A stretch of DNA of 64,000 nucleotides from an uncultured virus (IMG/VR IMGVR_UViG_2606217110_000013) (lineage: Duplodnaviria > Heunggongvirae > Uroviricota > Caudoviricetes). Below the pieces are notes generated by a model that saw only the letters and a list, made by a program, of their open reading frames with translations, was not told the origin of the DNA and ran no database searches. The DNA lies in IMG/VR virus record IMGVR_UViG_2606217110_000013, positions 1 through 64,000 of that record; one strand, written 5' to 3'. Numbering within the stretch: the stretch's first letter is position 1; each line of letters begins with the position of its first letter. Position numbers and translations under genes: made by a program. Shown piece by piece: positions 56,894-64,000 of the stretch.

Positions 56894-56926
56894 AATGATT
56901 CCATACATAGTAGGTATGGAATCATT
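56894..56926. other. Candidate site-specific recombination site (13-7-13 palindrome)
   Basis: AATGATTCCATAC-ATAGTAG-GTATGGAATCATT. Confidence 0.7.
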
Positions 56927-57045
56927 GTGGGCCTTTTTTATAAAATCTGTGATTCTTCTCAGGATAAATTATCTAAACTAAAAATTGTGTTTTGTGTTGG
57001 CATCTGCTTGAATAGACGCATGTTTATTCAGATATGGAATAATCA

Positions 57046-57582
57046 GTGAACAACCAAATTCATTGGGACTACCCATTCTCAGAAGAATTCGGCAGTGGGA
57101 TGGTACACAGACAATTCACTGTGGGAAGCACTATTTATGCCGTTGGGTTTGAACAAATATTGACGATGGATGATTTCACACGTAAGGGAGTTGATATCCT
57201 AAATGTACATCCAACATTCCGGTTTCCTCTGAGTGGTGTATGGGGAGTGATTTTTGACGAAATTGACCCTGTAGAAATGGATTTCAAAGGATTTCGGCAT
57301 ATCCAACATCAAGGCTTGGCAGGTGGTCAAGTGCTTTTGAATGTTGCAAGTATAATCTTTGACCATTATACTGTTTGTAACGCAGGAGCTTATGTCTTCT
57401 CCGCCGCAGACGACCATCAGCATTTACGCAGAACTGACTTGGTTGACATTTACTGTAAGATACTAGGTCTAAATGGAAAACGTAAAAGTAGATTGTTCGC
57501 CAATGGTTTTCCTGGATGGGAGGCATACTGTGATGTACCAACAGGAGGAAGAGGCTATGTCGTCACGACTGAAAGTTATTAA
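57046..57582 (+). CDS. Hypothetical accessory protein
   Basis: 178 aa, GTG start, opposite to backbone. Confidence 0.7.
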   Translation: MNNQIHWDYPFSEEFGSGMVHRQFTVGSTIYAVGFEQILTMDDFTRKGVDILNVHPTFRFPLSGVWGVIFDEIDPVEMDFKGFRHIQHQGLAGGQVLLNVASIIFDHYTVCNAGAYVFSAADDHQHLRRTDLVDIYCKILGLNGKRKSRLFANGFPGWEAYCDVPTGGRGYVVTTESY

Positions 57583-57784
57583 TTATTACCCCACCTCTGC
57601 AGAACGTTTGAGCCTTGAAATGGGCGAAAGACTACAGAAAGCTGCTGGTCAGGATTTAAAGAACAAGTTGGGTTCAGGGGAAATTAAACTGATTAACGGT
57701 AAATATGTAGGTGAAAGCCTGAAAGTTAATAGCACCTCTATGCTAAAAGCGCGGTTGCGTAAAGCGTATATCCCCGCTAAATGA
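57557..57784 (+). CDS. Small basic hypothetical protein
   Basis: 75 aa from MSSRLKV, strong AGGAGG RBS inside the upstream gene. Confidence 0.7.
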   Translation: MSSRLKVINYYPTSAERLSLEMGERLQKAAGQDLKNKLGSGEIKLINGKYVGESLKVNSTSMLKARLRKAYIPAK

Positions 57785-57806
57785 AAAGGCCTATATGGGC
57801 CTTTTC
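57783..57806. terminator. Bidirectional intrinsic terminator
   Basis: GAAAAGGCC-TATATG-GGCCTTTTC between convergent genes. Confidence 0.8.
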
Positions 57807-57810
57807 ATTT

Positions 57811-58056
57811 TTATAGTGTACTCACCAGCGCCGCAAATTCCGTATACCCCCCAATATGCTCTCCATGTATGAATATCTGAGGTATGGTATCCACTGGTTT
57901 ACCAACCAGGTTGCTCAACGTTTCTTTGTTGATCCCCGCAGATGTAATATCTATATACTCATAATCACCGTAGCCATGTCCCTTTAGTTGCTTCGCCAAC
58001 TCGACCGCACGTTTGCAGTATGAGCAGTTATCTCGTCCGTAGATAGTGATCGTCAT
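57811..58056 (-). CDS. Glutaredoxin (GrxA-like)
   Basis: CSYC, TIPQIF, IGGYTE. Confidence 0.93.
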   Translation of the reverse strand: MTITIYGRDNCSYCKRAVELAKQLKGHGYGDYEYIDITSAGINKETLSNLVGKPVDTIPQIFIHGEHIGGYTEFAALVSTL

Positions 58057-58229
58057 AACTTAACAAATACCTTTATAAATATTGATTCGAACATATCAGA
58101 CTATACTACAAACAGATTTTTTTGATAAGTATGTAGTAACTTATTGATTGACTAGTAAACAATTGAAGTGATTACGACAATAGATTACAGTAAGGATTGC
58201 CTTGAAATGTACATTTTATAGAGGTTTTA

Positions 58230-59138
58230 ATGATTGGTAAGTTGTCTGATTCTTTGATTGAAAATAAATACAACGAATTTAGAGAAGAAATATCTTTACT
58301 TTTTGACTATTTAAATCAGATAAATGATACAACAAAGAAAAATATAAAACGTCTTCTTAAAGAAGTGGAGTATGCACAAAATCCAGATACTATTATTAAT
58401 ATTAATGAAACTATTAAGATTAAGTGTGGCACAACGTTAGCTCGCCATTTATGTTCAAACCCATATACAGGTTCAACATTAGAGATAGGTAACAGCGCCA
58501 TTGATTTAGAAGAAAAGATAAGATTGTGTAATACTTTGAAAAATAAACAATATCAGTGGGTTATTACTGAAGCCTATGAGTTACTGGAAGACTATATTGA
58601 GGCAATATATGTCTATACTGTATGTGTTCGAAATGATTTATGGTCCTCAAGTGATTTTGGTAAGGTTGAAGATGATGAAATTGGGAAAAGGGAAGTTTAT
58701 TACAGATTATTAAAAGCAAAAAGTAACCCATCGAAAAAAATAACTAAAATTTTCAGAAATAAAATACCTGGCTTCAAAGAGATAGAAACAAACAACAAGA
58801 TTGGCAAAAACTATCGCTTTAACATCAAGCTAATTGAACTACTAAGACATACAATAGTACACAATAGTGGACGATTCAATGATACAGAAAAATTTATAAA
58901 TAAGGTTTTAGATGAATCTGAAATAAACGGTAAGAAAAGAGTTATTGGAGAAAGAGCTGTTAGAAGTTACATTACTAAAGTGCAAGAAGATGATATTGTG
59001 ATGCTCTTAGAAAGACCATCTGAAATTTTAGGTTCTTTTGGTGGGTATTTTAACAGAGCAAAATTTTTACTAAGTGATATTTTAGAATACTCACTAATCA
59101 TTAAAGAAGAACTAAAATCATATCTAGGCAATCATTAA
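58230..59138 (+). CDS. AT-rich HEPN-like protein
   Basis: 302 aa; EAYELLEDYI helix and RHTIVH (Rx4H) at 58845-58862. Confidence 0.75.
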   Translation: MIGKLSDSLIENKYNEFREEISLLFDYLNQINDTTKKNIKRLLKEVEYAQNPDTIININETIKIKCGTTLARHLCSNPYTGSTLEIGNSAIDLEEKIRLCNTLKNKQYQWVITEAYELLEDYIEAIYVYTVCVRNDLWSSSDFGKVEDDEIGKREVYYRLLKAKSNPSKKITKIFRNKIPGFKEIETNNKIGKNYRFNIKLIELLRHTIVHNSGRFNDTEKFINKVLDESEINGKKRVIGERAVRSYITKVQEDDIVMLLERPSEILGSFGGYFNRAKFLLSDILEYSLIIKEELKSYLGNH

Positions 59139-59139
59139 C

Positions 59140-59162
59140 AAAAAAGGGGCCGAAGCCCCTTT
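59140..59162. terminator. Bidirectional terminator between HEPN gene and RNA cluster
   Basis: AAAAAAGGGGC-CGAA-GCCCCTTT. Confidence 0.85.
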
Positions 59163-59316
59163 GGATTTTGCGCTTAAAAAAGTGTTGCTAGGATGTTAGC
59201 AAGCTATGGTTAAGAACGTCTGCCGTAATTGTCTATCACAGCGTTGAGCGGTCTGGTTTATGTTAGCGGAGTCTTAATCTGGGTGATTAAAAGGCCAAAC
59301 CGCTCAACGCTGTGTC

Positions 59317-59403
59317 TGGCGGAGAGTAATGGAATCGAACCATCATCGCTTGCGCAATGGGACGGTTTTCAAGACCGCTTGAGCACCATGCTCCCTACTC
59401 TCC
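59317..59403 (-). tRNA. tRNA-Ser(UGA)
   Basis: GGAGAGT acceptor, GCGGT-CT-TGA-AA-ACCGT, long variable arm, GTTCGA, CCA. Confidence 0.93.
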
Positions 59404-59405
59404 GG

Positions 59406-59555
59406 CCGTTGTGGTGGCCGGTACTGAATCTCCGGCATACGGTGCAGCCAATTAGGACTACGGACGATCACCGCTCGCGAAAGGGAAGATTTGCGGCCGC
59501 ATTTCCCTAACATCCAAGAAAGCTATCGCATCAGTCTGCGAATCCACCACAACGG
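59406..59555 (-). ncRNA. C4-like antisense RNA
   Basis: Minus strand CCGTTGTGGTGGATTCGCAGACTGATGCG...GCCGGAGATTCAGTACCGGCCACCACAACGG resembles P1/P4 C4/CI RNA ends. Confidence 0.72.
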
Positions 59556-59627
59556 TAAGATCACTACCTTTCGACCAGTCATTGTGCACATGAACGACGA
59601 TTAACCGTAATGATCTTATCGTTGTAT

Positions 59628-59703
59628 TGGTGCCGGTTAGCGGACTCGAACCGCTGACATCCTGCTTACAAGGCAGGCGCTCTACCAACTGAGCTAAACC
59701 GGC
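59628..59703 (-). tRNA. tRNA-Thr(UGU)
   Basis: 76 nt, CCTGC-CT-TGT-AA-GCAGG, CCA. Confidence 0.95.
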
Positions 59704-59707
59704 AATT

Positions 59708-59794
59708 TGGTGGGGAGTGATGGAGTCGAACCACCCGAGTCGCAATGACAGTAGATTTACAGTCTACCCCGCTGCCCCTACGGACTAACTCCCC
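59708..59794 (-). tRNA. tRNA-Tyr(GUA)
   Basis: GTAGA-CT-GTA-AA-TCTAC, long variable arm, CCA. Confidence 0.93.
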
Positions 59795-59799
59795 TAAAT

Positions 59800-59874
59800 T
59801 GGCGATGGTGGGTGGATTCGAACCACCGACCAGTTGGTTAACAGCCAACTGCTCTACCGCTGAGCTACACCATC
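59800..59874 (-). tRNA. tRNA-Asn(GUU)
   Basis: GTTGG-CT-GTT-AA-CCAAC, CCA. Confidence 0.95.
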
Positions 59875-60626
59875 AATTCAGCACTGCCAGTATTTATTAC
59901 TCAACAGTGCCAATCGCGACGGTTTAGTTTCTGCCAGGAAACGCACCGCTACTTGCACTTTTCGTTTGTGCCAGACGCTTTCGACTTCGCTCAATAGTAG
60001 AAGGCAAAATCTTTAAGTAGATGATGTTTCTGAGGACAGCACCTACTTTGTAATTTATACAATGTGATGTATGGAATCATTTGTTGTGAAAACAGGCACC
60101 AATGGCAACAGTGGTTAAACCTACACAACAATCCTGTCTTCACAACGTTGAGGCCACTACTCCGATTGAATGTTTGCCCAACATGTTACATATCAACGCT
60201 CGCCGGTATCTCTGTGAATAGAACCTTAGAATTGATAAAAATGTAATGGCCTCAACGTTGTGTGCTGGCTAACCATACCAGCCGGGCTACGTCGCCGCTT
60301 TTTAACCCAGTATAAACGACATAATTGAACAAAATGACGTAACAGGATGGGCGGTCAGTGGCTAAGAATCCGGGAGTCATATGGAGTTGAAAATATACCA
60401 ACCGCCCATTCTGTTCCCTCCTGCGTTCTGCAATCACACTCGCTCAGTGTGTCCCATTTCGGTAACGAGGCTGGAAACTGACCTCGCTGGTGTTTGGCTT
60501 ATTAGGCTACTGCCAGATAGACTTCTTCGTTTGCACTTGTATTTAAGTTCAAACAGTCGCGTCTCAACGAAAACAAAGTCATCTTATACATAAAAGATAA
60601 GTAAGTAAATACTTATCAATATGTTT

Positions 60627-60917
60627 TTATTCGGTTGTGACTTTTTTGATCAAGGCCACTCTACGACTAGGTGTTCTTGTAATGGTGGCAGTGAATCGTT
60701 TCGCTTGGATAGTAATGGTTTCGTTCTCCTTAAGTTGCCCGTAGCGAGTTTCCACCAGGGTGCCAAGACGCCACAGACCATCATCGATACGTTTATGACT
60801 AGCAAATTTAATCAGCAACAGTTTTACGACTAACTGACCTACGTAAAAGGCGAATGCGACTCCGGCCGCTAAGAAATAGGTGGCCAACCACCATTCCCAA
60901 GAAGTTAAATTGCTCAT
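60627..60917 (-). CDS. Small membrane protein
   Basis: 96 aa, N-terminal hydrophobic helix. Confidence 0.65.
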   Translation of the reverse strand: MSNLTSWEWWLATYFLAAGVAFAFYVGQLVVKLLLIKFASHKRIDDGLWRLGTLVETRYGQLKENETITIQAKRFTATITRTPSRRVALIKKVTTE

Positions 60918-61066
60918 TTTTTCACCTTTGTTTCATGAACTACCCGATACACACGCTTTCCGATGCACAGTGTTTTGGTTTTAAGTTCCTGCTTAATTAA
61001 ATCACGACAGATGCCGAAGCCGATAAGGAAGCCACCCATAAAAGCTAATGAGATGTATGGAATCAT
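60914..61066 (-). CDS. Small membrane protein
   Basis: 50 aa MIPYISLAFMGGFLIGFG..., ATGA coupling on both sides. Confidence 0.6.
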   Translation of the reverse strand: MIPYISLAFMGGFLIGFGICRDLIKQELKTKTLCIGKRVYRVVHETKVKK

Positions 61067-61278
61067 TTTAACACTCCTGATTCTACTAATTGCTGTAGCA
61101 ATACTTTCCCTTTATCAGTTAACTGGTAGTTGGCCGAACACCACGTTTCAGAAACGTTTGCAACCAACCCTAAACGCTCTAACTTAGCTCGCGTTTTAGG
61201 CTTCCAGTACTCAGGGAACTCCGGCCACTTACTGATTTCATGAAGCGTTTCCTTCTCCCGTTTACTTAATACGATCAT
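61063..61278 (-). CDS. Small winged-helix-like protein
   Basis: LERLGLV...YQLTDKGK. Confidence 0.65.
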   Translation of the reverse strand: MIVLSKREKETLHEISKWPEFPEYWKPKTRAKLERLGLVANVSETWCSANYQLTDKGKVLLQQLVESGVLK

Positions 61279-61441
61279 CCTTAATCTCCTTCAGGGTGTT
61301 GGTTATTTCTACAATGCGATAAATACGACCGCGTCTTTCTATAACACCGCTTTTAATGTAGTCATTGATGCAACTGGACATCACCACAATACCTATGAAA
61401 AAACCAACTGCTAAAAATGCAATCATCCAGCCGAGCATCAT
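61262..61441 (-). CDS. Small membrane protein
   Basis: MMLGWMIAFLAVGFFIGIVV..., coupled to the ligase stop. Confidence 0.6.
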   Translation of the reverse strand: MMLGWMIAFLAVGFFIGIVVMSSCINDYIKSGVIERRGRIYRIVEITNTLKEIKDDRIK

Positions 61442-62760
61442 TCTTTATCTCCGATTCGATCTTCTGTATCGCGTAAGCAACGCGGCCATTTCAGTCGGGG
61501 GTGGCGTAAGCTGCCATCCGGTGTTTTCTCGTGACAATGAACCTCAACAATACGACCACGGTACTTCTCTTTGTTGTTCCAGATCTCGTCCAGATATTTA
61601 TGCTTAATACCGCTCGCACGAACGATGACGCCGTTTTCAAGACGAATAACAATTTTTCCAAGTGTGTTGGCAAAACCAGAGTCCGGGTCGCCCGGCTCAA
61701 AGTCGATAATTTCACCATCTTCTGAATCTTCGTCTTTTAACTTCCACCAGCTGCGGGTACGTTTAAACTCGTAAACAGAGTTCGGATCTTTGCCCATCTC
61801 CCCTTCTTCGTTATCGTCCAGGCGTTTCATGAAGCGTTCGATGAAGTCTTCGTGGCTATGGATGATATAGAACGGATGCAGGTGAATATCTTGTGTGTAG
61901 CCTTCACTGCGATCGTTTTTGAACAACGCCACCAGCATAGCCAGGCGCTCTTTCAGCTTCATACCTGTCTTTGCATACTCTTTGGATTTAGCCTGTGCTC
62001 GCCATTCCGGTAGGAAGAAGTCGAAAACATGATAAATAGCGCCAATTGCCTGCACGTTCTTTTTGCGCAATGCAGATACGGACTGGTTAAATGAACCGGC
62101 AGTTCCTTCACCATCGAAGAAGATGTGTTTGTGGCCTGAAAGTTTGCCTAATTCGAGCATGGCTGGCTTTAGGTGATCGAGAGACGTGATTGGATTACCA
62201 GTACGAGAAAGGAAGTTAACCTCTTCCTCGTCAACAATAACCTCGCAAATTACTCGCAAACCATCGAGCTTAAGACTGCCAATCATTGGCCATTTTGCTT
62301 TAGGATTTGGCTTGAAGGGGTATTTGTCGCCTTTTTCTTTATACGGTGACGCCAGCTGCACCTCGAATTTCGGAATGGGATTTTCAAAAACCTTGTTGCA
62401 TAGGCTAATCCCAACGCCAGCTTTCGGGTCTTTTAAGAGGAAACGACGGAACACGTCCTGCCCATCGGCGCACATTGACGCCACGATAGACTCAACAGCT
62501 GCTATTGCTGCGTTCCCCGTTAGCTCGCGAGAGGCCAGCTTGTTCAGTACATCAATGGCTTTTTCGTCACTTGGGATGGACTCACTAAGCGGCTCTGCCA
62601 CTTTGTATTTCTTTACCCCAAAACGGATGAAAGGGTTGAGCATCAATGAAACCATGCTTTGCTCGAAGTCATCCATGTTGGCCAATGCCTCTTTTTTTGC
62701 ATTGGTTCCCATAGCTTTCATTTCGTCCAGCTTATGCTTAAGTGCGATCAACTTTTTCAT
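61438..62760 (-). CDS. ATP-dependent DNA ligase
   Basis: KLDGLR, FDGE, VFD, EGEMGK, WWKLK, SLRHPR. Confidence 0.95.
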   Translation of the reverse strand: MKKLIALKHKLDEMKAMGTNAKKEALANMDDFEQSMVSLMLNPFIRFGVKKYKVAEPLSESIPSDEKAIDVLNKLASRELTGNAAIAAVESIVASMCADGQDVFRRFLLKDPKAGVGISLCNKVFENPIPKFEVQLASPYKEKGDKYPFKPNPKAKWPMIGSLKLDGLRVICEVIVDEEEVNFLSRTGNPITSLDHLKPAMLELGKLSGHKHIFFDGEGTAGSFNQSVSALRKKNVQAIGAIYHVFDFFLPEWRAQAKSKEYAKTGMKLKERLAMLVALFKNDRSEGYTQDIHLHPFYIIHSHEDFIERFMKRLDDNEEGEMGKDPNSVYEFKRTRSWWKLKDEDSEDGEIIDFEPGDPDSGFANTLGKIVIRLENGVIVRASGIKHKYLDEIWNNKEKYRGRIVEVHCHEKTPDGSLRHPRLKWPRCLRDTEDRIGDKE

Positions 62761-63239
62761 TGTTGTTTTACCTCCATATGTTGATCGATTTGCTCATGTG
62801 TTTCTTTTGTTGTTTCTTCAAGCAACGCCGCATACACGTCAGTGATCGCTGTTTGTGATGTGGTGCTCTTCTTAACCATGCTATTAATCGTTACACTGTC
62901 ACGTTTTCGTTTTAAAGTTCTGGCTTGTTTATTCCGTTCTTCAACCTCCTTAATGAGCGCGGTCATATCTTCGAAATACAGAGATTCTCCTTTACGAATC
63001 TCTTCAACCATCATTTTTAACGCCTTGCATTTGCCTGCTTTGATAGCGGTTGCGCACGACTGGAATGAAGTTCGAGGAAGACGGTTTTCTTTGAAGGCAA
63101 GAATGGTGTGCTGGCAAACGGAGTAGCTGCAATATGCCGACTCACCGTTTATCTTTACTTCCTCACAACGAAGTGAATAACCATTATTTCCTGAAATAGA
63201 GGGGATTTTTGACAAATCAGCTTTCACAATTACCGCCAA
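62757..63239 (-). CDS. Hypothetical Cys-containing protein
   Basis: 160 aa upstream of the ligase. Confidence 0.7.
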   Translation of the reverse strand: MAVIVKADLSKIPSISGNNGYSLRCEEVKINGESAYCSYSVCQHTILAFKENRLPRTSFQSCATAIKAGKCKALKMMVEEIRKGESLYFEDMTALIKEVEERNKQARTLKRKRDSVTINSMVKKSTTSQTAITDVYAALLEETTKETHEQIDQHMEVKQQ

Positions 63240-63294
63240 AAATAATCTTGTGCTTACCTATCATTATTTGCGTAAAAAACGACACACTGAGAGC

Positions 63295-64000
63295 TTACCA
63301 ACTTCCCCAGCTAATCATCTTGCGCTGATCGCTTTCTAAGCGATAGGGGACAAGAAGCTCTGTGACATGATTGGTGGCGTATGATTTAGCCTCTTGCTCT
63401 ATCATCGGTAATTCGTTAGCAATCCTGACCATCTTCCCAGCAAACTCCGCCATTACGCCATCACATGCCTTCCCAGCATCAATAACGATATGCACCAGAT
63501 CCAACTGGCTTTTGCACATGTCGCAAAGAGACGCATACTCACTCTCTCTGATTACATTTACGGCATCATTGGCCCCTTTATTAAGCAAGACTTCCAACAG
63601 GTTTGTCGGGGTAACGAAATCTGCTTTCAGAGATAATGTCTTTTCACCACTTATCGAACGCAAGTACTCTTCGTAGTTATTCTTCATCAAACCGCTGCTG
63701 CGCATTGCTAGAACTGCTTCTTGAATGGCCGCTTCAATAGTTTCGTCGTTTGAAAGACAAAAAACGGTATTTGTGTAGATCACTCTGCCATCAAGCCATG
63801 CTCCAACCTGCACTTTAAGACTGAGCGGGTTTTCTTTGCTAATAAAAACAACTAATGCAGAACGCCGTGCACAAGAAGGTTCGCCCCATACGTGTAACTC
63901 AACTTTCAGATAAGGCAACCCTGGTAGCGGGATCTCGTCCATACGAGCAGCGATATGATTCATTGCTGTATTGACGGCCTTTCCAATGATGTCTAGTCGA
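63295..64000 (-). CDS. Hypothetical protein (probably extends beyond window)
   Basis: Frame stays open from the 63963 ATG to the window edge. Confidence 0.65.
   Translation of the reverse strand, partial: RLDIIGKAVNTAMNHIAARMDEIPLPGLPYLKVELHVWGEPSCARRSALVVFISKENPLSLKVQVGAWLDGRVIYTNTVFCLSNDETIEAAIQEAVLAMRSSGLMKNNYEEYLRSISGEKTLSLKADFVTPTNLLEVLLNKGANDAVNVIRESEYASLCDMCKSQLDLVHIVIDAGKACDGVMAEFAGKMVRIANELPMIEQEAKSYATNHVTELLVPYRLESDQRKMISWGSW

Noticed and set aside
59317..59874. Suppressor, Sec or Met tRNA linked to metG or the amber gene
   Set aside because: Anticodons read UGA (Ser), UGU (Thr), GUA (Tyr) and GUU (Asn); none is CUA, UCA or CAU.

Overview
64 kb of an SSU5/pHCM2-type phage-plasmid from an Escherichia/Shigella-like host; the family is assigned from recalled gene content, not a database search. 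The minus-strand backbone is a DNA-metabolism arm (RNase H, Dam-type methylase, DnaQ-like exonuclease, DHFR, ThyA, NrdAB, RuvC-like resolvase, SbcCD-like nuclease, RecA, 5'-3' exonuclease, SSB-like protein, DnaE, CobS/CobT-like pair, glutaredoxin, ligase). It also carries an iteron-type RepA replicon, an HTH repressor, a tyrosine recombinase and four tRNAs. Accessory insertions are an IS21-type element, a captured chromosomal metG-mrp block next to an IS1 stub, and a type I R-M cassette between IS3-family remnants. Most notable: (1) dnaE is split into two intact ORFs by a free-standing HNH endonuclease gene with no intron or intein, and its C-terminal half ends in a degenerate UDG-like fold; (2) a loxP-like 13-7-13 palindrome and a LexA box lie upstream of the recombinase; (3) long-stem RNA modules, one of them C4-like, are interleaved with the tRNAs beside an AT-rich HEPN gene; (4) HsdM has TPPY in place of the catalytic NPPY, and an extra nuclease sits between hsdS and hsdR; (5) two dispersed operator-like motif families recur upstream of backbone genes. 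All protein family calls are by motif recognition only.
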